Below, piece after piece: positions 39,720 through 51,361 of a stretch of 64,000 bases of DNA. The stretch is from Octopus bimaculoides (Eukaryota), in NCBI RefSeq assembly GCF_001194135.2, contig NC_068982.1, positions 68,413,262 to 68,477,261 on the forward strand. Reading direction: 5' to 3'. The stretch's first letter is position 1. Each line of letters opens with the position of its first letter. The notes under the pieces were generated by a model. That model saw nothing but the letters and a program-made list of their open reading frames with translations, made no database searches and was not told the DNA's origin. The position numbers and the translations under genes are program-made.

Positions 39720-40948
39720 TACAAAGGTCAGCTGAAAAGTTCATAAGCTGACCAAGATATTTTCATGGAATGTGACCAAATGAGGTATATTTTCCAACAT
39801 AACACCCCCTTGCAGTTCACACACTCCTTCCACCAATGTTGAGTACTTGGATACTGTTGGTGAAGCTTTCATTCTCTTCATCCAAAAATTCATCAACAAT
39901 AGATATGACACCATCACCTGCGATACTGGTTCCCAGCCAAGTGTTTCTTCATGTTGGGAACAAATGATAGTTAGATGGGGCAAAATCAGGAGAAAAGGGA
40001 AGCTGATCAATCAGTTCAAAACCACAGCCACACACAGTAGCCATTGAAAACAAAGACTTGCATACTGGAGCATTGTTCTCATGAAACAAGACTCCTGTCA
40101 TAAATTTTCCTGAGTGTTAAGGCCCTGATAGCCTTTTGTAACTGCCTTAGCAAGTTGGCATAGTACTCTGGTGTGACCCTTTTGAAGATAAACACAATTC
40201 CTTTGCATTCCAAAAGGTTGAGACCATCAGCCACCATGCAGATGAAATAACTTTGGCCTTCTTTGGAGCAGGTGAGGAGGGTTGTTTCCACTGTATGGAT
40301 TGTCTCTTTGGCTCAAAGTGATGAACCTAATGCTTGTCCTGGCTTAGAAAGTGTTCAGAGAGGTCAGCTGGATCTACCTTAAACAATATCAGATTTTCCC
40401 ATGACGTGATCAGCATGGTGGGCTTTTCATCAGGTGTCAGAAGATATAGCAACTACTGAGCAGAATATTAACTCACTCATGGGATATGCTAATGGCATTG
40501 GCTATTCAATTTATAGTCAATCGCCTGTCATCCATCACCATGTGGTGAACACGATCAATGTTTTCCTCGATCATGGCAGTTGCAGGATGTCCAGACCTTG
40601 GGTCGTCTTCAAGACTCTCCCTTCCCCTCCTAAATTCAGCACTGTTGATAAAGCTGGAGCATCATCCCCTAACGTAGCAACCATATCAGCATGAATGTCG
40701 TTAGGGCTAAACCCCTTTTTTTTTTTGCAGGTACTTGATAACAGCACAATCCCAAATTTTGTCCATTTGCAAGCAAAATTGCTATTAGTTATATTTGAAG
40801 TCTTCTTTGAACAGTCAGATGTTGGTTCACCTGGAAAGAAACAATGCAGTTATCAATAAGATGAGATGAAATTAATGCATGCAAGATCCCACAGCTCTAG
40901 CATTGCTCCTTCATAGTCAGCCTATAAACTTTTCAACCCACCCTCGTA
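39720..40948 (-). mobile_element. Full-length decayed mariner transposon (about 1.23 kb)
   Basis: TA-flanked imperfect TIRs: tacaaaggtcagctgaaaagttcataagctgac and gtcagcctataaacttttcaacccaccctcgta. Broken transposase MDKIWDCAVIKYLQKK..GLAPNDIHADMVATLGDDAPALSTV...EDDPRSGHPAT...FHENNAP...PFSPDFAPSNYHLFP. Confidence 0.92.
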
Positions 40949-41447
40949 AGCTAATGTTTGTTGATAATGTGAAGCTAAACAGAACAGATGAATACAAACT
41001 TTGGCCTCTAAATTAATATATAGTGCTTAGAGTAAGTCAAAAGTATATTTAATGTCAGCTTGGTTGTCTAACAGAAAGGAAAATCAAATTTCCTTCAAAC
41101 CACACTCTACTTATTTAAAAAAAAAAAAAGACATTAGATAATGTAGACATGCATATAGCATGTATGAAGAAAAAAAGACAGCTTGGTCATAGCCAGAGAG
41201 CATTATTAATAGGTCTACTCAATCAGTGCCAAAACTGTCTTATGTTCTTACTCTCGTATTGAATAGTCAGTGTTCCTGCAACAGTCATATAGGAACATCC
41301 AAAGAATGTCAGCATAAAACAAGTAACATATAAACTAAAATGAAACAAACAAATTGATAACTGAACTTCTATCTACTTCCTATACACATGAAGCTGAGAA
41401 ATATATTAATCAATGAAGAGTTTGTTCACATAGTATACAGAAATTAC

Positions 41448-41524
41448 CTGATTGCTAGGTGGTGTTGTAGGTGTTAATCTTTTCAAAGTGCTCCCAGGGG
41501 GTAGATCAGCAGCAAATGGCTCAT
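41448..41524 (-). CDS. REPS1: REPS exon (77 nt)
   Basis: aacttccactag|AT...CAG|gtaatt. (D)EPFAADLPPGSTLKRLTPTTPPSNQ. Phase 1 in, phase 0 out. Confidence 0.85.
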
Positions 41525-41927
41525 CTAGTGGAAGTTAATGCATGGAAAAAAAGACAAGCAAATAAAAAACATTTGTTAGCAATTATGAATAAAACAGCAA
41601 ATTTAACAAGCATAATTACTGAATAAGTCAAAGAAATATTTAAGAAAATATTACAGTTAATCACTTTATAGGCATGTCTTGTTTCACAACTACATGGTTT
41701 ATGGTTCAGTTCCTTGCACAACACCTTGAGCAAGTGTCTTCTATTATAGTCTCAGGCTATCCAAAGCCTTGTGAGTGAAATTTGATAGATAGAAACTATG
41801 TGAAGCTTGTTAAGTAGACTGTCCTTAGGTGGCAGATTAAATCTATCACCTGATTTAACAGTAATTGATCATCATTGGATGTATTTGGCAGAGTTTAGCA
41901 GGCTGGGTGTACAGTTTATGGATAATT

Positions 41928-41996
<69 letters not shown>

Positions 41997-42362
41997 ACGC
42001 ACATGCGCACATGTATATCCTGCTTGTTTTCACTAGTCAAAACAAAAACCAGGGTTGTTGTTCTGTCTTTCAAACTGTTATGTTATAGGACACAAATGAT
42101 AAAACAAGTGACTGGAATAAGTTGATACAATCAACTAAAAATCCTTGAAGATTGTACCCTAGCCTGGCCACAGTCAAATGACTGAGACAAAAGAATATAT
42201 AGCACTTGCCTAACATAAAATAAATTTTAACAGGGTAGAAAACCATAACTAAAAGTTTACTTCTATGAAATGCACTAAAAGGATATACTTTTTCAAGGTA
42301 TATTTAACTGCTGGATAATTTCAATAATATAAAGAATATACAAAAGTTCTGCTAACTTTTAC

Positions 42363-42508
42363 CGTTGGTCAGTGTAGAATAGGGCATCAGTGAAACAGGT
42401 AAGTGATCAGGTAACTCGATTTCATTGCGGCGTAACACTACTAGGTGCATAGCAATGCAGAATTCATCTAATGAGAGTGCACCATCTCGGTTTAAATCAG
42501 AAAGTTGC
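42363..42508 (-). CDS. REPS1: REPS EH-domain exon (EF-hand-like loop)
   Basis: atttatgcag|G...AACG|gtaaaa. [48 protein letters not shown], a canonical EH second half. Phase 2 in, phase 1 out. Confidence 0.97.
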
Positions 42509-43486
42509 CTGCATAAATATAAATAATTTACTAAACATTTTAAATAGAAACATTGAACAATTAATAACAGCAACACAAAAAACATTGATACTTTTTAACT
42601 TTTTTTTTTTTATACATTCCTGGGGAAAATTTTAAGACAAGCAAAAAAAAATGTAAATTCAAATCAAAGTTTTGTGCTTATTGCCAAGGTAAATTTTATC
42701 AACTGGATTGATTGGTAGGTGGATAGGCAATTAGATAGTTAGATAGGTTTAGATAAATAATTATTTATCAGAGATAATCTTCCACAGTGATGTACCATAT
42801 CCGCAAATAGATTATCATTTTTGCACAGTATCAAATATACAGCTTACTGGAAACAAGTGGTTGATTGTCTCCTTATCTTTTATCTACTCAAACCATTTCA
42901 CATTCTACATAAAATTTTTAGATAACATGATATTTTCTATGTTGATTACTATACTTGCTACATCTAATAGCCAAAACTTCCGCAAATTACATTTGACCAT
43001 CTTAATTGAGCACTTCTTGATATATGAAATAAGATGGTCACAAGTGGAACACTTGGCTCATAGGTCTGAATCAGAGCTGATTTAGAGTTAAACAACAACA
43101 CCATAAGACTTTAAAATTAATAAAGTTGATAGTAACAGTTATAATGAGAAGTAATCGATTAACAGAAAACAACCATCAAACCATCAAAAATTTCAAGGCA
43201 ATCCATAATTTATCCTACAGCTAGGGAGATATTCATAGAGAAATCAATGTAATATAGTAGAATAGTAAAACCAGAACGGAAATTTGACACACTCAAGGAA
43301 CAAATTTCCAGCTGATGCTCACTTACAGCCTGCATACTTATCAGAGTTACTGTATTTAGATGATTTGAATGAAGAATGAAAGTGAAGAGAAAAAATTCTT
43401 AAAAACTGAAAGTTTAAAAAGGAAGAAATTGAAGAGAGGAAGTGGAACTAAGACAATCGTGACAATGTTAAAAGAGAAGTTAGCAA

Positions 43487-43892
43487 GGCGCAGGAGTGGC
43501 TGTGTGGTAAGTAGCTTGCTTACCAGCCACATGGTTCTGGGTTCATTCCCACTGCGTGGCACCTTGGGCAAGTGTCTTCTACTATAGCCAGGGGCTGACC
43601 AAAGCCTTGTGAGTGGATTTGGTAAATAGAAACTGAAAGAAGCCCGTCGTATATATGTATATATATATATGTATGTGTGTGTATATGTTTGTGTGTCTGT
43701 GTTTGGCCCCCAACATCACTTGACAACCGATGGTGGTGTGTTTACGTCCCCGTAACTTAGCAGTTTGGCAAAAGAGACCGATAGAATAAGTACTAGGCTT
43801 CCAAAAGAATAAGTCCTGGGGTCGATTTGCTCGACTAAAGGCGGTGCTCCAGCATGGCCACAGTTAAATGACTGAAACAAGTAAAAGAGTAA
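43487..43892 (+). mobile_element. tRNA-derived SINE, best-preserved family A copy
   Basis: Head ggcgcaggagtggctgtgtggtaag...gggttcattcccactgcg with A/B-box-like motifs, CpGs retained. Further partial copies at about 32740-33085(-), 36050-36420(+), 41670-42190(+), 48180-48420(+), 53480-53585(+), 58790-58870(+) and 60170-60355(-). Confidence 0.92.
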
Positions 43893-44195
43893 TTAAAATT
43901 ACCATTATTAAAACTGAAATCATTTTTGACACNNNNNNNNNNNNNNNNNNNNNNNNNNNNNNNNNNNNNNGGGATAACTAACTTATGTAGACTTAGCCAC
44001 ACAAGCTGTGTAGGTCTGATGGTGAAGAATCTCTTTTTTATATAATGAAATCAATGCAAAGCATTTCAGAAAAGAAAGAAAAAAGCAGTGCTTCCAAAAC
44101 AGTTAATATCAGTAATCTACATTTTAGTTTAATATGAGCTTCTGACTGAAATGCTCAGATACAATATCTAAGGCTTGATAAAATTGATTTCAAAT

Positions 44196-44400
44196 TTTAG
44201 TGTAAGGCCAGCAATTTCAGGGAATGAGGATATGTTGATTTCATCAACTTCAGTACTCAACTGGTACTTATTTTATCAACCCTGAAAAAATGAAAGGCAA
44301 AGTTGACCTCAGTGGAATCTGAATGCAGAATGTGAAGACAGACAAAATGCTGCTAAGCATTTTGCCCAGTGTGCTAACAATTCTGCCAGTTTGCCACCTT
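44196..44400 (-). mobile_element. SINE family B
   Basis: Reverse complement reads aaggtggcaaactggcagaattgttagcacactgggcaaaatgcttagc...aaaataagtaccagttgagtac. Confidence 0.85.
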
Positions 44401-45248
44401 CATAGCTTGGTAATATTAAGTATACAATACTAATATAGCCTACTTTGTTAGAACCAAACTATTTTACAGATATTTAATAGAAATTTACATAGTAAATTAT
44501 TTAGAGAAATCAGGATTATTGACAATGACTCAAATCAATAATTATTGAAAATGGCTCAAGTCAATAATTATGACTAAGATCAATAACATTTAAATGCACA
44601 TTTTATAGTGCCCAATGTGTGACAATACATTTGGAAGTACATTTTTCTCAAAACTAATACAGAATGTTTTCTGGGTCTCTCCCACTTCTAGCAGCTCCGA
44701 AAACAGTAATCTAGATATATTCCATGCATCCTCCAACATGGTTGAGCATCCAACTCCGACTAGTTGGAATTCACAGTACAAGTCAAGTTGTACTATTCAT
44801 CCTTTCAATCGCTGAATACAAAACATGGCTTGTGAGATGGCTGCTCAAGTGATTTTCCCGAGTCAACATCTCACTCTTGTACACCAATCTGTGACAAGGT
44901 TACCCATTTACAGCTAAGTGGACTGGAGCAATGCGAAATAAAATACCCTGGTCAAGAACAATGTACAGCCAGTCTGGGAATCGAAACCACAATCTCACAA
45001 TCACGAGAGCATAACTACAACCATTAGGCCACATGCCTTCACTATACATATTACTGGCTAGCTATTGACTCTCTTGAATTCCTCCACCCTTTGACGGGTT
45101 TTGTTTTTCATCTTGCAGGATGTCCAATAAATCACCTTGAAATTGAATAGAATCTATAATATAATTTAATATCTTAAAAAATGAACTCTCTAAAAGACAT
45201 AAAGGTAAATAGGATATGTGACTCCTCTCAAATCAAACTAAAACTTAC

Positions 45249-45312
45249 CAAATTTTTGACAGTTCATGAACAGGCAACTTGGATTTTTCAAAAAATTCTT
45301 TAGCGATACTTC
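45249..45312 (-). CDS. REPS1: REPS EH-domain exon (64 nt)
   Basis: tttgatttctag|GA...TG|gtaagt. (G)SIAKEFFEKSKLPVHELSKI(W), EH consensus ending in the conserved Trp. Confidence 0.97.
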
Positions 45313-45957
45313 CTAGAAATCAAAAGCAAAAATAAGAATATAATTAAGAAACCAACATTTGAGAATTAAATTATTCTGTATAGAAAGTGAAAGACAAATT
45401 TTTTTTTCATTGCTGTTATGTATTTTGATATATGTCATAACAATGTTAAGGAATGATTATTTCACTATCAAAGGAGAACTATAGTTAGTCAACAAGAGAA
45501 TCTACTTCACTGTAAAGATTTAACTTGCTTGGAAACAAGTGAAGGTTGGTGAGAAGAAGGACATCCATCTGTAGAGAATATATTGCAATGAATTTCAAGC
45601 ATTGAAAAGTGGACATAAAAACAATGATGATGATGACGATGCGTGACAATACATTTGGAAGTTCGTTTTTCTCAAACATTCTGTATTAGTTTTGAGAAAA
45701 TAAGAGCTATCTTACACCCTGATGAACTGCTCAATCCATGCTGGAATAACAGATGGATTGACCTATCCCATTACTTTATCCACCTACTCAATCCACTTTA
45801 TTATCATTATCTTTGTTGGTAACAGAGTGAAAGGCAGGTTGTATGATGCCTATGTATGTGCAGCTATGCTGCTGCAGCAAGCGGCAACAACAACAATGCC
45901 GCCACCGCCATCATCGTCGTCGTTATCATCATCATCATTATTATTATTATTATTATT

Positions 45958-46170
45958 AAAGCAGCAAGCTGGCAGCATCTTTAGTGTATTGGACAAAATG
46001 CTTGGAAACATTTCTCCTGGCTCTTTTACATTCTGAATTTAAATCACACCAAGGTCAACTTTACCTTCCATTTTTCCTCAGGGTTGGTAAAGTACCAGTT
46101 AAGTATGGAGGTCAGTGTAATTGACTAGCTCCTTCCCCACATTTTGTTGTGCCAAAATTTGAAACCATTA
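45958..46170 (+). mobile_element. SINE family B, diverged
   Basis: aagcagcaagctggcagcatc...aaaatgcttgg...aaggtcaactttacc...aaagtaccagtt. Confidence 0.75.
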
Positions 46171-46471
46171 TTATTATCATTATTCAGTTGTCTTATTTTT
46201 ATTATATGCTTTCACTGCACTACCAAGTACAGCTCTGTGCAGTGTTTTGTTTTAGTTTTGTTATTTTTACTATATTGAAAGCAACCTATGTAATATATGC
46301 ACAATGCCTAGAGGTGCCAGTTTCTGTATGTTATGCATATTTGTAAGTCCTGGTGTTGTATTTATGTATTTATCTGCAAATTTTTTTGATCATTCCCAAA
46401 GCACCTAATGTTTTTAGGCCTCACATTCTAGTTATCACTATTTCCAGATCTTTATATTTAGATGATTTAGC

Positions 46472-46728
46472 CATCATCGTCATCGTTGTTTAACGTCCGC
46501 TTTCCAGATGGCTACACCAGGCTCCAATCTGATTTGGCAGAGTTTCTACAGCTGGATGCCCTTCCTAACGCCAACCACTCCAAGAGTGTAGTAGGTGCTT
46601 TTACGTGCCACCAGCACGAAGGCCAATCAGGTGGTACTGGCAATGGCCACGCTCAAATGGTGTATTTTACGTGCCACCTGCACAGGAGCCAGTTCGGTGG
46701 CACTGGCAACGATCTCGCTCGAATCTCT
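46472..46728 (-). mobile_element. 3' UTR fragment of the RTE family seen at 5360-6730
   Basis: Reverse complement of gagtggttggcgttaggaagggcatccagctgtagaaactctgccaaatcagattggagcctgg plus tandem units. Confidence 0.85.
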
Positions 46729-46791
46729 TTTAGAGCTACATTATCATCACTTGGGACTGATATGGTTATTATCATTATTATTATTATTATC

Positions 46792-47015
46792 TAAGGCAGC
46801 AAGATGGCAGAATCGCTAGCATGCCAGGCAAAATGTTTAGAAGCATTTCATCCATCTGTACATTCTGAGTTCAAATTCCGCTGAGGTCAGCTTGACCTTT
46901 CATCCTTTCGGAGTCAATAAAATAAGTACCAGTTGAGTACCAGAGTCGATGTAATCAACTTACACCCTCCTCCAAAATTTCAGACTTTGTGCCTATAGTA
47001 GAAAAGATTACTATT
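46792..47015 (+). mobile_element. SINE family B
   Basis: aaggcagcaagatggcagaatcgctagcatgccaggcaaaatg...gttcaaattccgctgaggtc...aaaataagtaccagttgag. Two more copies at 50028-50240 and 50570-50785. Confidence 0.85.
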
Positions 47016-47492
47016 ATTATCATCATCAGCAGCAGCAGGCCTAAGACCACCTTCCTCAGTTGAGGGAGCTTGTCTTGCAAGTTACTTGGTGAACTCACTT
47101 GTGCTGGAGTCACATAAAGAGCACCCAGCACAAGTCTGGAGAGTGGTTGGTGCTAGGAAGCACGTCCAGTTATAGAAACCAAGCAAAATCAGACATTGGA
47201 GCAAGATGCAGTTTTCTGGATTGTCAACTCCTGTCAAACCACCCAACCCAAGTCAGCATGGAAAACAGACATATTAAACAGTAATGATGATGATTTTCTG
47301 GTTGTCTATTTTTTATTGTATTCTTTTGCTGCATGAAAATCATGTGAATTTGTTGTTGTTGTTGTAGTAGTAATAGTAGTGCTAGTTAAAATATTACAAA
47401 TATCGTAAACAAATAAGTTTGCAACATATGAAGTACTTAATTAAAACATAATTAATTTGGGTTGAAAACAATATGTATTTGGAATGTCTTAC

Positions 47493-47678
47493 CTATTATT
47501 ACACCATTTTCTTCGGGTTGCATTGTTTTGAATTGCTTCAGATAGTATTCTCTCTGTTCTTTTGATATAGTCCACACATCATCAATACTTTCATTTTCAG
47601 AACTAATAGATGAGGAATCAACACCTTGACTTTCTATATTCTCCCAAGACATTTTGTTGGCTCCCGTATCTAATAGAC
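47493..47678 (-). CDS. REPS1: REPS exon, start of the central EH domain
   Basis: ttaatcaatag|GT...ATAG|gtaaga, phase 1-1. LLDTGANKMSWENIESQGVDSSSISSENESIDDVWTISKEQREYYLKQFKTMQPEENGVII. An alternative in-frame AG lies 9 nt downstream. Confidence 0.92.
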
Positions 47679-48339
47679 CTATTGATTAATAGAAGAGAAG
47701 CAAAATACATATAGAAGTTGAAATGATAATTTAGTATTTAAAATGTATTAAAATATAGTTGATAAATAAACAGAAAATTATTTTTTTTTAGTTACTTAAA
47801 AATAATTTAAATTCACTTAGAAAAATCAAGAGTAAATAACTGCAATGCATTTGTATGCAACAGATTACAATCAGTTCAATTTTCAAGAAATACATATCAA
47901 CAGTTAAGATAAAAAAATAGAAATATGTATGACATTATAACATTAAGTTTCATATTACTAAAATCTAAGGTATTTCATAGATTTTCTGGAATTTTAGAAA
48001 AACATTCTTCTCAATGAGGCCTAAATTCAAACAACTATGAGTTAATCTAGCCATCCCACATCATAAGACCAACAGACAAGAGAAGTAAAAAGTTTCTTTG
48101 TCAGTATATGGTCTATGATTTTACCAATTGTCGAAGTTGTAATTTTCAATGTTAGTCCCACATCGAACAAACTTAAGAAAAGAGCCACTGGCTATGTTGT
48201 TAAGAAGTTTGCTTTGCAATTACGATTGTCCTGCTGCATGGCACTTTGGGCAAGTGTATAGTACTACAGCCACAAGCTCAAGCAAAGCCTTGTGAGTGAA
48301 TTTGGTTGTCAGGAACTTAAAGAATCTTTCTCTCTCTCC

Positions 48340-48388
<49 letters not shown>

Positions 48389-48770
48389 CACGCACGCATG
48401 CATGCATGCACATGTTTGAATTTTGTATTTCATTTTGTCTTCATGTGTTTGCTGGTTGTAGACAATACTCTCACTGATAGTGCTATTCCCTTGCAGCCCA
48501 TTGCAAAAGAGTATCCAAACTTCTGAACATGTCATGACAGCTTGCACAATTTTTGTAAACAAAAGGCTCATTCAAAAGGTGCCATTTGTTTCCAGTTTTC
48601 CAAGTAACAACATCCTAGCTGTTTGTCTGATAGGTAGAGATTATTACCTCACTTGAAAACAGAAGGGCACCCAGCTACAGAAAACTCTACCCCAACATAA
48701 TCCTGTGTATCCAATGCAAGCATGGAAAAGTAGACATCATCATCATCATTATTATTATTATTAATATAAT

Positions 48771-49989
48771 TATCTGGTCATTAAGAATGAAATGTCTGAT
48801 TTTCTTATGTACCAAGTTTGACAGTCATTAACTCTAATGTTTTATTCTGACAATTCTTTGTTTTACAACATTGAAGAGTTGCATCATTTTTCGAAATGCA
48901 ATTTGTGGTGTCTGATTATATTGTGAGTTTTCTTTTATAAATCAATTTTTGTGAACCCATGAATAAATCAAAAATTCATGCTGTTTATAATAGGAGTTCT
49001 GTCGTGGAACCAATGCATCCCAGACAACTTGAAACATCAATGAGGTGTTTGGTGAAGATGTGGCAAATGAGCGCACTATACACTGATGGTGACTTTACTC
49101 TTGAAAATCAACCCGTGGTAGACCTGAGACCAAGGTGGATAATGATGAGCTGGAAACTGTATTGGAAGCAGATACATCTCAAACAACAAGGTTTGATGTT
49201 TTGATTCCAACTGTATTGGACCATCTGAAACAAATCAGCATGGTAAAGAAGCTGGACAAGTGGGTATCACATGATCTGAACATGCATCAAATGACATGTT
49301 GTCTTCAAACTTGCTGTTCTTTGCTGTCACAGCACAAAAGCAAACAATTTTTGCATCATATTGTTACGTTTGATGAAAAATGGATTCTTTTCAACAATAG
49401 CAAGCATTCTGCATGGTAGTTGGATAGAGACAAAGTGCCATAACACAATCCAAAAAAAAAAAGAAGCTAATGGTGTCTGTTTGGTGGTCCAGCACTGGTG
49501 TCATCCACTACAGCTTCATGAGACCTGATAAGTCAATTACAGCAGATGTATACATCAACCAATTAGATGAAATGATGAGTGAATTTGCAATTAAACAACT
49601 GAGATTGGTCAAAAGAGACAGGCCAATTCTCTTGCAAGAAAATGCTCAACTACATGTTGCACAAAGAATGCTACTCAAGCTAGAGAAACCTGGAAGTATT
49701 CTGTCATTCACCATATTCACCAGACCTTGCACCAACTGACTATCATGTTTACCAGGCATTAAACAACATTTTGCAAGGAAAAAACTTCAAATCTGAAGAA
49801 GATGCAAAAAGCAGCCCTTCATGATTTTCTCACCCCTAGCTCTCCAGAATTCTTCACTGCTGGCATAAATAAGCCACTGATAAAATGGCAAAATTATGTT
49901 GCATACTTTAACTGCATTGCTTTTTGTTGAGATAAAGTAAAATAAACTTTCAGTTCAAAATCAGGCATTTCATTCTTAATAACTCAATA
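48771..49989 (+). mobile_element. Full-length decayed mariner transposon, second family (about 1.22 kb)
   Basis: TIRs tatctggtcattaagaatgaaatgtctgatttt and aaaatcaggcatttcattcttaataactcaata. Transposase pieces KKLDKWVSHDL, HIVTFDEKWILFNN, MVSVWWS..GVIHY, LLQENA and PYSPDLAPTDYH, with frameshifts. Confidence 0.92.
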
Positions 49990-49995
49990 TTATTA

Positions 49996-50030
<35 letters not shown>

Positions 50031-50260
50031 GGTGGTGAGCTGGCAGAATCTTTAGTATGACAGATAAAATATTTAGCGGCATTTCATGCATTTTATGTTC
50101 TAAATTCAAATTCTGCCAAGGTTGATTTTGCCTTTCATCTTTACAGGGTTGATAAATAAATACTAGTTTAGCAGTGGGGTCAATGTAATTGACTTGAGTA
50201 CTGGAGTTGATGCAAAATTTCAGGCCTTGTTGAAAGGATTATTATTATTATTATTATTAT

Positions 50261-50535
50261 TAATATAGAAAGGATTGAGGTAACTCTGCCTGAAGATATA
50301 GTCAAATTGAAAGAAGAGTGCCATTGTTATCTAGTGAACGATACTTCGACATCTTGTGTGTTTTCAATGGGTTCTTTTACTTCTGACTCTATATCTTCAG
50401 GAGGAGTTACCTCAATCCTTTCTATATTAACCAAAATAAAGTAGATTGACAAATTTATTTTTTGAACCCGTTGAAGACACACAAGATGTCGAAATATCGT
50501 TCCCTAGATAATAGCACTCTTCTTTTAATTTTGAC

Positions 50536-50536
<1 letters not shown>
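50261..50536. repeat. Interleaved double inverted repeat X-Y-X'-Z-Y' between (TTA)n runs
   Basis: X 50261-50303 pairs with X' 50386-50428. Y 50300-50374 pairs with Y' 50464-50536. Confidence 0.85.
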
Positions 50537-50571
<35 letters not shown>

Positions 50572-50943
50572 GGTAGTGAGCTGGCAGAATCATTAGCACA
50601 TTGGACAAAATGCTGGGCAGTAGTTCTTCCAGTTTTACTTTCCAAGTTCAAATTCCGCTAATGCTAACTTTACTTTCATCTTTTCAGGGTAGATAAATCA
50701 AGTACCAGTTGAGCACTAGGGTCAATATAATTGATTGGCCCCCTCCCACAAAATATCAGGCCTTGTGCATATAGTAGAAAGAATTATTATTTTTATAATG
50801 ATGATGATAACAACAAAGATGAGGATGTCAATGATGAGGAATTAAGAAAAGAGTGTTGATCCATTGTTGACAGGGAAAAATTTATATCATATCTTTGTTA
50901 CTTTATGAATTGAGTATTAAGGAAAAAGGAACTTATATCATAC

Positions 50944-51361
50944 CTTTACTTTCTTCGTCTTCAAAAGACGCCCAACCTGAGACATCATGCACCGAGTTAG
51001 TATACGCGGATGGTGATGGAGCAACAGCAGCAGTGACAAGTCCAGGCAAACCACTTCCACTACCTACTGTCCCTGGAACTACATTGCCAGTTGTGTTTGT
51101 TACAGGTGTTGTAGTTGCAGGGCTTACAAACTGGGAAGGCATTGCTGGATAGACTGTAGCTACTGGTGTCACCTGTCCAACACACCCTGCATTTGCTGCT
51201 ACATTGGTCCCTGATGTAGTCATGCTGGTATTAACAGATGCTGGAGCCGTTTGTTGCTTGCCGATGTTGCCTAATTTCACTCTGTTGGTAGGAGATGTAG
51301 GTGGAGACTGTTTAGGGGAAAATGGAGGTGATTTACTATCAAGAGGAGACTCATCTCGGCT
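50944..51361 (-). CDS. REPS1: REPS exon (418 nt, Ser/Thr/Pro-rich)
   Basis: ttgcttttcag|AGC...AAAG|gtatga. SRDESPLDSKSPPFSPKQSPPTSPTNRVK...VSGWASFEDEESK. Phase 0 in, phase 1 out. Confidence 0.9.

Noticed and set aside
43487-43570. tRNA-like sequence
   Set aside because: It is a tRNA-derived SINE head continuing into SINE body, with no complete cloverleaf.
571-51152. Plus-strand ORFs 571-807, 17690-17977, 26529-26858 and 50895-51152
   Set aside because: They are antisense shadows of GC-richer REPS exons with no independent coding evidence.
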